A stretch of 64,000 nt of DNA from a plasmid: sequence record NZ_LC532224.1; one strand, 5' to 3'. Each line of letters starts with the position of its first letter. Within the stretch, counting starts at the first letter, position 1. A model generated the notes under the pieces. That model had not been told where the DNA came from, ran no database searches, and saw only the letters and a list, made by a program, of their open reading frames with translations. The translations under genes and the position numbers were made by a program. Shown here in pieces: positions 29,794 to 39,014 of the stretch.

Positions 29794-31800
29794 TTAAGAA
29801 AGTATTTGATGAACTAGCTTACTGACTTCAATAGACAATAAAGAAGTATCATCAACTGTTACGAAAGTGTCCGTTTCAAAACCAATTATTTCATCAGTCT
29901 TAATACCAACACCAACGATTTCTATTCCATTACATTTAGCCTTTTCCATAACTTCGACGATAGTAAATTCCGATTTATTCGGATAACCATCAGTTATAAG
30001 AAAAATTATTTTCCTATCGAATTGGCTGTCAAGTAACAGATCAACAGCTGCCATTAAAGCAGATCCCGTAGGGGTATAATAACCCTTACATCCAAGAGTG
30101 AATTTCGATAGAGATTCCTCAACGCTTTGATCAAACGTTTTGATAATCTCAAATTCACTTTCCTTGAAGGGAAAAACTATATTGGAGACATGCATTTTTG
30201 ACAAACTTTCAGCGGCCATCGATAAAGCAAGATCTGACTTAATGGCATGAATATATCTTTCATCATTAGCCATTGACGCTGAAATATCACGAACTAATAC
30301 GAGGCCAACATGCCCTCTATTTTTAGATTCGCTTTGAGCTCTGAAGACATCACGAACTCCCATTTGTGACAGAATTAATCGATTTCCATCGAAGGTAATT
30401 CCACGCTCATGAGTTTTGTTTCGGCCACGCATTTTAACCTGCTGTAAAACAGACAAGTCGCTACCGATTGAATGACTCAGAGACAAAGCCTCATTGTAAA
30501 CATTCAAATCGATAAGGAGATCAGGGATATCCCATTCAGAAGCACCGAATTCGGCTTTCACGTCATCGGATACTTTTGATGCAATACCTTCAATCTCTTT
30601 AGCCAAAGCATCGTGATAATCTTCGCTATCCTCATCACTGCTAAGAAAGGCATCCAACAAATCTGCCAGTATCTCCCATTGAGCCGATGAAAAGTTACTT
30701 TCATCTTCAACGTTAGTCGAACTGGCTTCATCTGATTCACTCTCGGAAGGGTTAATCGCATCAGTATCGTCTTCAATAATGTTATCACCCGTGGGATTGC
30801 CACCGGTGGGTTCATTATTTCCCTCGTTATCTTCAGCAAGTTCTGAAGGCTCAGAACATCCCTCTTGAGCAAGATCAGCGTTATCGGAAGTATCTGCCTG
30901 ACCTTCACTATCGTCCTCAGAATCATCCTCACGACTATCAGTCGACGTAAGCGATTTATCTTCTGATTCGGTATCGGTATCGGTCTCGGATTCATCATAT
31001 GCCTCCTGCTCCTCCTGCTCTGTCTGCTGCTGTTGTTCCTTTGCCTCATCCCGCAGTCTCTCTAAAAGAGCCAGGGTCTTACGAGCAAGGGATTCACAGC
31101 CCTGAGTATTTTCACAACCAAGAGCATCATGAAAAATTTCCTCAACATCAGAAATTACTGGAGAAAGTATCTTTTGGGCATAGTCAAAAAACGGATCGAG
31201 GGTTTCTTTGTGACCTACCTGCTGAAGGACTTTTACTCGCAATGAGTTAAGCAGATACCACTCAATAAATAGGACAGGATTTTCCGGACGAGAAGATATA
31301 TCAGGAGTCATCCTTCCGGCTTTAACCATCAGTGCGTAAGTGGCTGCAAGCCGCCGCTTTGCATCCGGATAATCGTTACCAACCTTCTCTTCCATCTGTA
31401 CATCATCGAACAGATTTATAAGCCCGGTAAGACGTTTTGCCCTGCTATAAGCTTTACGTTTCTCAGCGAGGCTCTCAAACTCTGCATTCATTCCGTCATC
31501 GAAGCGTGTAAACCCTTCAGATGACATGAGAACACTATTAAAGGCGTCACTGTAAACCTCACTGACGGTATAGCGACCATGACCAGCTTCATGACAGGTA
31601 AAACCTTCAATCAGACTGACAAAGTCATCATCGCTATAATCGCCGTTTGGTAAAACACAAACTTTATTGACAGGATCAAAATACGGTCCTTTGGTATTGT
31701 CGTCTATTACAACTCTTACATCGCCTAAGCCGCTAATGACTTTTGCTATATTCTGTAAACGCTTAATATGGCGCGGCGATGATTTAAGATCTAATTTCAT
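29794..31800 (-). CDS. CobT-like protein: HExxH-containing N-domain, long acidic tract, C-terminal vWA domain
   Basis: 668 aa; CHEAGHGRY; about 150 aa D/E/S/T-rich; C-terminal vWA (LVLVRDISASM ... FLITDGYPN). Confidence 0.6.
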   Translation of the reverse strand: MKLDLKSSPRHIKRLQNIAKVISGLGDVRVVIDDNTKGPYFDPVNKVCVLPNGDYSDDDFVSLIEGFTCHEAGHGRYTVSEVYSDAFNSVLMSSEGFTRFDDGMNAEFESLAEKRKAYSRAKRLTGLINLFDDVQMEEKVGNDYPDAKRRLAATYALMVKAGRMTPDISSRPENPVLFIEWYLLNSLRVKVLQQVGHKETLDPFFDYAQKILSPVISDVEEIFHDALGCENTQGCESLARKTLALLERLRDEAKEQQQQTEQEEQEAYDESETDTDTESEDKSLTSTDSREDDSEDDSEGQADTSDNADLAQEGCSEPSELAEDNEGNNEPTGGNPTGDNIIEDDTDAINPSESESDEASSTNVEDESNFSSAQWEILADLLDAFLSSDEDSEDYHDALAKEIEGIASKVSDDVKAEFGASEWDIPDLLIDLNVYNEALSLSHSIGSDLSVLQQVKMRGRNKTHERGITFDGNRLILSQMGVRDVFRAQSESKNRGHVGLVLVRDISASMANDERYIHAIKSDLALSMAAESLSKMHVSNIVFPFKESEFEIIKTFDQSVEESLSKFTLGCKGYYTPTGSALMAAVDLLLDSQFDRKIIFLITDGYPNKSEFTIVEVMEKAKCNGIEIVGVGIKTDEIIGFETDTFVTVDDTSLLSIEVSKLVHQILS

Positions 31801-31814
31801 AGAATACCTCTTTA

Positions 31815-31863
31815 TAAAAAAGGGGTACTCACCCAGATGGTGAAGTACCCATCTGGGGTTTTT
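31815..31863 (-). repeat. A6-hairpin-T5 element with two mutually exclusive stems
   Basis: AAAAAA GGGGTAC..GTACCC versus CCCAGATGG..CCATCTGGG, then TTTTT; bidirectional terminator-like. Confidence 0.65.
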
Positions 31864-31877
31864 AATAAAGCAAACAG

Positions 31878-33005
31878 TTACCAGCCTTTGAGCTCGATAT
31901 CAAAACCATTTTCAGCATTGTCTTCCTGTTGCGAAACTGATTTCTCAGGTTCAGCTACAGAATCAGTGTTTGAAAACGTGCTGTTTTTTATATCGTTCTC
32001 TACGACAGGTTCAACCTGAAACACATTTGTTGAATCTAAAATAGCTTCAATACCTGTGTTCTGTAGCGCGTTCGGTTCTGTTTGTGAGCTTTGATTAAAT
32101 GATCTGGTAATAGATTCCAACCAGTCAGTAACCTTTTGCTCTCCTGAAATAATACGCTTTAACATTGAAGCATCACTCATGAAATAAAACCACTGCTGTA
32201 ACACCGCAACGTCGCGAGGTTCAGAAATGGCACCTTTAGGTAAATTATTCATTATGTGTTTTATAGCTTCTGCAAGTACTGCCGCCTCTTTATGTATAAA
32301 CATGAAGCTAATGATCTTATTTTGCATTTGCTTCAGTCGGTCAATAGTACTTGAGCGCAAATTATTATTTTTACTAATTTTTTCATAAACCCTCATTGCT
32401 TCTTCTGCCAGATCTGTTATCAATTGTTCCTGATAGTAGTCCTGGGTTTCATCACCTTCAACGCTAATAGGCGTAAAAGGAATAAAGTGAGCAATATTAA
32501 ATCTAAAGGATTTTATGAAATCATCTTTAGTTAATTTCAACTGATCAATCAAAGAAGACATTCTTGGGCTTCTATTTTTTTCAGCCTCAATATGCATCTC
32601 ATAATTGTCTACAACGTTTTGAATACCTGCCTGAAACTCTCGTTCAATCTCTTGGGCCCCTTCCAGAAACTCTTCCATACTGGAAACTGGTAAAATCCAC
32701 ATATTGCTATAGCGGATGCACAAGCGTGAGCAAAGGGTTGATATTCTGCTGGTAATCGTACTTTTGAAGCTAAGGGCTTTTATGTCAATCCAACGTACTT
32801 CGCTTTTAGATACGCTTTTTTGATCCGTAATATCATCTCCATCATAAGACAAATCGATTTTATCGGTTCGACGCGATCCTTGACAGCCACTTATTTCAAT
32901 TTTTGTTATAACTGCACCTTCCAGTAAATCTGGATATGATTTTGCAAAATTCTCAGAGATTTGTTTTGCAGATACTTTGTTAAGCATTGAAGTATTTAAA
33001 GTCAT
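31878..33005 (-). CDS. hypothetical protein
   Basis: 375 aa from ATG 33005 (SD GGAG); ORF-track start 33017 is non-ATG. Confidence 0.45.
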   Translation of the reverse strand: MTLNTSMLNKVSAKQISENFAKSYPDLLEGAVITKIEISGCQGSRRTDKIDLSYDGDDITDQKSVSKSEVRWIDIKALSFKSTITSRISTLCSRLCIRYSNMWILPVSSMEEFLEGAQEIEREFQAGIQNVVDNYEMHIEAEKNRSPRMSSLIDQLKLTKDDFIKSFRFNIAHFIPFTPISVEGDETQDYYQEQLITDLAEEAMRVYEKISKNNNLRSSTIDRLKQMQNKIISFMFIHKEAAVLAEAIKHIMNNLPKGAISEPRDVAVLQQWFYFMSDASMLKRIISGEQKVTDWLESITRSFNQSSQTEPNALQNTGIEAILDSTNVFQVEPVVENDIKNSTFSNTDSVAEPEKSVSQQEDNAENGFDIELKGW

Positions 33006-33373
33006 GGGTTTCTCCAAAAAAAAGGGGAAACCCTCCCCAACGGGAAAGATTTCCCGATAGGGTTGATATTAAAGCTTCTCTGGTGCAATTAAAAGAATAC
33101 CGGGAAACTCAGCGGCAACATCATCATTGCCCATTGCTCCCTGATACATATAACCTTTTAATTCCATTTCTTTAATTAGACCTTCCATATTTATTTTACC
33201 ATCATGATAAAACAATAAAGAATAGTCGTTATTCAGTTGCATAAGTCCAGTAAAATTAGTTCCGTTTTTTGCTATAGCAATGGTAGCAGCACCATCCGTA
33301 CTTAAAAACGCACTAAATTCAAGATGGGATAACTCTGAGATACAAATATCAGAGGTTTCATAACAAATCCCAT

Positions 33374-34432
33374 CTAACTCGACTTTTTTGCTGTGAAATA
33401 CTCCAGCGATTTATCCTTGTCTTCGCCAAGAGAAAGATCTATAGCTTGAAGAACAAGATCGACCACATGTAAAGGTAAAGCAGAAGCAAAAGCTATTTTG
33501 AAAGTGTCAAGAAGACTAAAGGTTTTTAACGTCATCGACGTGCCAACCCAAGCTACTAATTGACGAATATCCATCACACTGTCTTCTGTACCAGAGTCAT
33601 TTACTGCAATCGCTACTCTTACGAACTTCTCAATGACCTGAAAAGGCAAAGAGCTATATCGTTTAGTAAGCACATTGGTTAAAGCAACTTTGTCGGGCTT
33701 CTCCATTTCAACTATCAAGAACCGCTTTATAAAAGCTGCATCTTGACGTTGAGAAGAAACGAACCGGCGAGCGCCTCCACTCATGTTTGTGTTTGCAGTA
33801 CCAATAAATCGCGTGTAGCCATTAGCAGTTATAACCTCACCACCATTAGCACTGAGTGACCAGGGCTTACGTTCAATGGGCATGTGAAGTTTTGCTGCCG
33901 TATCAGGATCGATTTTGTCCACTTCATCCAGAAGAATGAGGTGACCATTACGAAATCCCGTTACCAAATCGCTGTGTACAAAACCTGTATTACCACCATT
34001 AAGACTGCGCTCACCTTCAAGCTCATCAACTCGAATATTGCTGTTGATCTGCTTAATTGTCAGCGGCCAATTCATCATGTGGCTAATGTACATTACCATT
34101 TCAGTCTTGCCAGAACCGGACTCACCTTTAAGACACACACTTAAATCTATATCCGGACTGATAAGCAGTTTAACCACTTGTTCAAGTATTCGGGGATTTG
34201 GTATGTAGTCTTTGTTCAGCGGAGCTCGATACGAGGTTTTAGTTTTGAAAACAGGCACAGCCATCTTTGGATCCATTTCTGGAATACCAAAAAGGTCCTT
34301 TGCTAGAACTAAAAGATACTCACCTTTATCCACATAATGTTTTAACTTTATAACATCCGGGGAAAGAAGAGCTTCTAATTTTTCATAAGCATCAGAAGAT
34401 GTTTCATTTAACTTCATAGCGGCATTAGACAT
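33374..34432 (-). CDS. AAA+ ATPase, MoxR/CobS-like
   Basis: Walker A GESGSGKT, Walker B LILLDEVD, AAA_5-like layout. Confidence 0.7.
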   Translation of the reverse strand: MSNAAMKLNETSSDAYEKLEALLSPDVIKLKHYVDKGEYLLVLAKDLFGIPEMDPKMAVPVFKTKTSYRAPLNKDYIPNPRILEQVVKLLISPDIDLSVCLKGESGSGKTEMVMYISHMMNWPLTIKQINSNIRVDELEGERSLNGGNTGFVHSDLVTGFRNGHLILLDEVDKIDPDTAAKLHMPIERKPWSLSANGGEVITANGYTRFIGTANTNMSGGARRFVSSQRQDAAFIKRFLIVEMEKPDKVALTNVLTKRYSSLPFQVIEKFVRVAIAVNDSGTEDSVMDIRQLVAWVGTSMTLKTFSLLDTFKIAFASALPLHVVDLVLQAIDLSLGEDKDKSLEYFTAKKSS

Positions 34433-34489
34433 TTTTAACTCCGGTAAAATGCAAACACCGCCCTCTGGCAGATGTTTGCCAGTGGCATT

Positions 34490-35467
34490 TTATTTGAGAT
34501 TCATTTGGCAAATAGTTGCCATCAGTTTCCTGATTTGAGGCACATTATAACCAAGATGATTTCCCACTATTTCAAAAGCTTCAGACATGATCCATTCAAA
34601 ATGATTTTCGAATATTGGATTTATTTCTAACTTGCCAAAAGCGTTTCGTTTAGTTAACAGATCACATGAAACAAGCTCGTCAAACAACTCTAATGTGGAT
34701 TTAAAAGCTTTTATGTAAACATCCATAATTTCCCTGTCAGTCCATTTAACAGCCAGTTTTTTTTCTGACATTAAATAATCCTGATCAAAGAAGATGTCCC
34801 AGCCCATATCGTCATTGCAATCATGCAAAATGATTTCATCATCATTCCTGCATTCAGCTAATTTCGTGTTTTCACTAATCGAACGATGCGAATGATAATA
34901 GAGCCATGATTTTAATTCCGCTCTAAATTCACATGCATCAAGTCCATGAGATAAACAAGTGTATTCAAATGATTTTGACATATACCACCGTGTTTCAGCT
35001 TCTAAAAGTGGATTCACTGTGATATTACCATTGTCATCTTTGAAGAATAACTTTCTCCTCAACACTAGTTCTTTAATGATTTCCAAAGACTCTTCCATAG
35101 CGGATAGAAAAACAACATACACATCCTCAGGGGTCCATTCTATTACCAGACCACCCAAATCTGGGTTATATTCTTCAACCGAATATAGATAATCTGTTTC
35201 TGCTGCAAAATTAATTGTATGCAAAATCTGATTTTTAAGTAATTTGGATTTTTCATAAAGGTGATTTTCACGCCTTTCAGAATCATAATTTATCTCAGAA
35301 ATGTTACTTTCATCTGATTTAAAGTTTAATCCGGACGTGTATGCATCATTTAAATGCTCTTTGGGTGAATCAACTATTTGCGTTATTTCATCTTCATCTA
35401 TATCGAATATAGAAAAAAAACTAAGTTGATTACTACTTATTGCAGTAGCCCTAAATTTTTGTTTCAT
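34490..35467 (-). CDS. hypothetical protein
   Basis: 325-aa ORF; SD GGAG. Confidence 0.45.
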   Translation of the reverse strand: MKQKFRATAISSNQLSFFSIFDIDEDEITQIVDSPKEHLNDAYTSGLNFKSDESNISEINYDSERRENHLYEKSKLLKNQILHTINFAAETDYLYSVEEYNPDLGGLVIEWTPEDVYVVFLSAMEESLEIIKELVLRRKLFFKDDNGNITVNPLLEAETRWYMSKSFEYTCLSHGLDACEFRAELKSWLYYHSHRSISENTKLAECRNDDEIILHDCNDDMGWDIFFDQDYLMSEKKLAVKWTDREIMDVYIKAFKSTLELFDELVSCDLLTKRNAFGKLEINPIFENHFEWIMSEAFEIVGNHLGYNVPQIRKLMATICQMNLK

Positions 35468-35479
35468 GGGGACTCCAAA

Positions 35480-35509
35480 AGGAGAAATCCCATGAAGGGA
35501 TTTCTCCCC
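35480..35509 (-). repeat. intergenic hairpin sharing the GGGATTTCTCC / GGAGAAATCCC arms with the 25353 element
   Basis: GGAGAAATCCC-ATGAA-GGGATTTCTCCCC, then T-run, SD GGAG, ATG. Confidence 0.7.
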
Positions 35510-35527
35510 TTTAGGGTGGGTTTAATG

Positions 35528-35905
35528 TCAGATCTGATTAAAGCTACTTTGTCCAAAACCTTTTAGAGGTTTAGGTATGTGAGCCAACTTACTTGTTGCT
35601 ACCACTCTCATGTAGTCAAGAGGATGTTCTCTCCCTTCAATCATAATAGTATCGACAACAATATAACCGGAGACCATCAACTCATCACCCTGATTTATAC
35701 CAGTGAAACAGGTTGAATACATTTCAGGCGACACCTTGATTTGAACTGAAAATTCTCTCTCAGTGATTTCACCATCAACTTCTGTCTTCATCCTATTTTT
35801 GAGCTTTATTAACAAACCTATACTCTGGTCAGTCATTTTTTTCTCCACAGCACTGATAACTATCCCGGACACTTTTACTTCATTGATATATTCAAGATAT
35901 GACAT
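35528..35905 (-). CDS. possible OB-fold ssDNA-binding (SSB/PriB-like) protein
   Basis: 125 aa; beta-rich pattern VKVSGIVIS...FSVQIKV...GDELMVSGYIV resembling SSB/PriB OB fold; weak. Confidence 0.3.
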   Translation of the reverse strand: MSYLEYINEVKVSGIVISAVEKKMTDQSIGLLIKLKNRMKTEVDGEITEREFSVQIKVSPEMYSTCFTGINQGDELMVSGYIVVDTIMIEGREHPLDYMRVVATSKLAHIPKPLKGFGQSSFNQI

Positions 35906-35962
35906 TTTCCGCTCCTCGATTTGTTCAAAGAGAAGCCCCGTTAGGGTTCCCCCTTAACAGGA

Positions 35963-36835
35963 TTAAATAAATTTATTAGTTACATACATGAACGTGCAGA
36001 CTACCAAACAGGCAATTCCGGCAATATGTAACCAATTTCTTGTTGGTTTAGTTGGTGCAATCGCTAAAGAGTTCTCCAACTTCTCTGTTACAAGACGTCG
36101 ATTCTCTGCTTTAGCCGCATCATCTAAATATTGAGTTTCACGCTTAGCGAGAGTCTCAATTTTCGATTTTATTGCATGGTCCCATCCTTTAGTTTCAAAA
36201 ACGCTTAACTCACTAAAGGTGTGCGTCATGAGATCTTCTGGGAAACCCAGTTTTTTCATTAACGGACGAATGGTATCATACATTTTTTCTACATTTTCGT
36301 AGTGGGCCTTTACTGCGACATCAAAACGCTTACGTAAAGTTAATTTTTCACGTTTGCAAATGATGTCCGAAACCCAATTTATTAACTGCTCATTTTTGAG
36401 TTCACTGGCTTTTTCAAGTGAGTAATCCAGATTATCCACGTCAAGAAATGAATTTAATCCGTATTTTTCAAACTCCTCAACAAGATATTTATCCAGTTCA
36501 GTTAAGCTTTTAAAAAGTGGTACATCTGGGGAAGCTTTAAGAAGCTTATAAGCTCCTTCGAAATCAATTTTCTTGACCACGAGCTCCACAACATCCACAT
36601 GATAATAGCTTGAATAAGCAGAAAGCTTTTCGGCCAACAAAGACACAGGCTTAAGAGACTTAAGTTCAATGATATTTGGGCCGTCCTCATTCAAAATAAC
36701 AATCAGTTCATTATCACGTTCTGTATATTTCATCAGAACTTCTAAGAGCTGTTTGTTTAGCGCCTTATCCATCTCTGGAATAATTTCACTAAAGGTTTGA
36801 TGAAGGGCTTTACTGCGAGCTTTATTTTTAGACAT
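35963..36835 (-). CDS. hypothetical coiled-coil protein with C-terminal membrane anchor
   Basis: 290 aa; C-terminal IAGIACLVVCTFMYV. Confidence 0.4.
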   Translation of the reverse strand: MSKNKARSKALHQTFSEIIPEMDKALNKQLLEVLMKYTERDNELIVILNEDGPNIIELKSLKPVSLLAEKLSAYSSYYHVDVVELVVKKIDFEGAYKLLKASPDVPLFKSLTELDKYLVEEFEKYGLNSFLDVDNLDYSLEKASELKNEQLINWVSDIICKREKLTLRKRFDVAVKAHYENVEKMYDTIRPLMKKLGFPEDLMTHTFSELSVFETKGWDHAIKSKIETLAKRETQYLDDAAKAENRRLVTEKLENSLAIAPTKPTRNWLHIAGIACLVVCTFMYVTNKFI

Positions 36836-37229
36836 TTGGGGTCACCTATATATAGTAAGAAGGAAGAAACAAATTTTTGTTTCAACACGAAGGCAAAGCC
36901 TGTCATTCATCTCCCGTAAGCTATGAACCGCCTGATTTATACTATCTGGCATTAGAAGTACGCAACAAAAATAGCCCCAGGAGGAGCTAAATTAGTTACG
37001 GTTTGGTAAATTCAGATTGCCTTTTGCAGGCATGGGAAGTGCACCAGCGACAAAGGTGACATTTTGCCGGTGGTGTCTTACAGCTTGTTTAAGCTGGCCG
37101 CTTTTCACGGCTAAATCAACGCTTAACGCGAAAGTAACTTTAAGCAAAGTTACTCAAATTTGGGAGCTGATATTTAAGCTCATTGTTTTTATACTATAGC
37201 TTTAAGCATAAGTAAATGCCCATATCGAA

Positions 37230-39014
37230 TTATTCTGTATAAAGTGGAGAAATTCGAATATTAGCTGCTTCTTTTATCTTTTCTTCACTGCATTCTCTTA
37301 AAAAGAAAGAAGGATCACCATACCACATTACAAAAAGTTGCTTTTCTGCACGCGTAAATCCAACATAAAGCAAACGTCTTTCTTCTTCTATTGCCTCCTC
37401 CCCAACTGATCTTTTACTTGGTATCTGATCCGCATTACAACTCATTATTATTACTTTATTCCACTCAAGACCCTTTGAACCATGCAAGGTTGATAGGACT
37501 ACTTTCTCTGGGCTGTATTCCTCGTCCTTCTTCCTAGGGCCTAATGACATTGCAGCAGCACGATTTATCATATTCATCCAACCAGTCTTTTCTGCCCACT
37601 GTTTACAAGTGTCTAAAGCAATTTTTGTTAAGGTTGCTGTACCTTTATTACTCCTCATCTTGATTGACGACGATTCCATCCATTTCGTAAGGTTGGCGAA
37701 ACGTTTTGCTATCTCAACTTTATCAGAACTTTCCTGGGTAAAGCGCACGAAGTTTGAATGTAATGTTTTTGTTTCGAGAGAACTGTCCTCCGGGATGGCA
37801 AGGTCGCCAAAAGTAACTTTTCTTCCTCTCATACTCAATGCCACTTCATCCAAAACTGATTCCTGTTCTCCAAACAATGCCAATACTCTCTTCATTAAGC
37901 GAGGATCATTTGATTGTCGGAAAAAGGCCATAAGGCTTAACACATCGCTTGTTTCTTTTTCATCCCAGAATGATTTACCTCCGTAACGAATTACTGGCTG
38001 TTCGATCAAACTTTCTAGCTCATCCAAGTGAGCATTATTGCGGCTTAGAATTGCCCATCCATGTGGATCCTGATTTATAAGGCTTAAAATACCCTGTATC
38101 TGTTCCTCCATATCTACATATGAACGAAAAGTGACCTTTCCCCCTCCCTTTTTTGCCGAGCGTAACTCTTTGGCATAACGGTAAACATTCTTTCCTATCA
38201 GTGCTCCGGCCACCTCTAAAATTTCAGGTTCACACCTAAAGCATGTGTTTAAGTAAAATATGTTAGGTCTGAAGTGTTTTTCAAACTGTTGAAATATTTT
38301 GACTCCTCCTGAGGATCTGAAGGAGTAGATGGCCTGATCATCGTCTCCAACTATACTCGTATAGACTCCAGCTCTTGTATGCAATGCTATCCATGAGAAT
38401 TGTATAGAGTCAGTATCCTGAACTTCGTCTACTATCAAATGTGTCAAATCTAACGTGCGCATTTTTCCCGAATGCATTTGACCGACAACAAATTTTGAAA
38501 GAGCATTGAGGTCCGCCACATGGTCTTTCTGGCATAACGCCTGATAGGTATTAAACAAATGGATCTGTTGTCTGTTATGCCGAACTGAAATCACATCCGT
38601 ATCCATTTCTCTGCCGATAGCATCAATAACGAATTCAGCTTCAGCAAACTTCATCGTTACACCGGATTCTTTCAAAGCCCGGTGAATGACAGATCTCTGT
38701 GCTGGCCCTATCAACATCTTTCCCGGCCAGCGAATCATGTCCAGTTGCTTCTTAACGAGTCCGTGAAAAGTATCCACCAGCACCCGGTCAAGATCCTTCT
38801 TGCTCAATCGCTTTTGTAACTTTGCTGCAAGTGCGTTTGTTGCAGCGCGAGTAAAGGTCACCATCCCGATTCTTGCATATGGATACTTTTTGAGAATCGA
38901 TATAACCGCTTCTATCATGGTGAACGATTTGCCTGATCCAGGCGCTGCTATCACCATATTGTTTGCGCTAGCATTCTCGATAACAGGTCTTTGCTCTTCT
39001 GTTGGCTTACCCAT
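37230..39014 (-). CDS. UvrD/Rep-family DNA helicase
   Basis: AAPGSGKS Walker A, VDEVQDTD motif II, C-terminal TLHGSKGLEW. Confidence 0.8.
   Translation of the reverse strand: MGKPTEEQRPVIENASANNMVIAAPGSGKSFTMIEAVISILKKYPYARIGMVTFTRAATNALAAKLQKRLSKKDLDRVLVDTFHGLVKKQLDMIRWPGKMLIGPAQRSVIHRALKESGVTMKFAEAEFVIDAIGREMDTDVISVRHNRQQIHLFNTYQALCQKDHVADLNALSKFVVGQMHSGKMRTLDLTHLIVDEVQDTDSIQFSWIALHTRAGVYTSIVGDDDQAIYSFRSSGGVKIFQQFEKHFRPNIFYLNTCFRCEPEILEVAGALIGKNVYRYAKELRSAKKGGGKVTFRSYVDMEEQIQGILSLINQDPHGWAILSRNNAHLDELESLIEQPVIRYGGKSFWDEKETSDVLSLMAFFRQSNDPRLMKRVLALFGEQESVLDEVALSMRGRKVTFGDLAIPEDSSLETKTLHSNFVRFTQESSDKVEIAKRFANLTKWMESSSIKMRSNKGTATLTKIALDTCKQWAEKTGWMNMINRAAAMSLGPRKKDEEYSPEKVVLSTLHGSKGLEWNKVIIMSCNADQIPSKRSVGEEAIEEERRLLYVGFTRAEKQLFVMWYGDPSFFLRECSEEKIKEAANIRISPLYTE

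Noticed and set aside
30558-31049. 163-aa ORF antisense to the acidic tract of the CobT-like gene
   Set aside because: It arises from the low-complexity GA-rich repeat, with the Arg/Ser-rich translation typical of antisense acidic tracts.
31837-32019. Small plus-strand ORFs in the AT-rich array (for example 31837..32019, 33884..34144, 35763..35957)
   Set aside because: They are antisense to longer, SD-preceded minus-strand genes in a region where every supported gene is on the minus strand.
23242-35962. Possibility that the recurring GC hairpins are a CRISPR array or T7-like promoters
   Set aside because: They are not direct repeats of constant length separated by unique spacers. Each sits between two genes and differs in sequence. 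A match to the T7/T3 promoter consensus (CACTATAGGGAGA) is only superficial (CCCATAGGG, CCCATATGGGAG).
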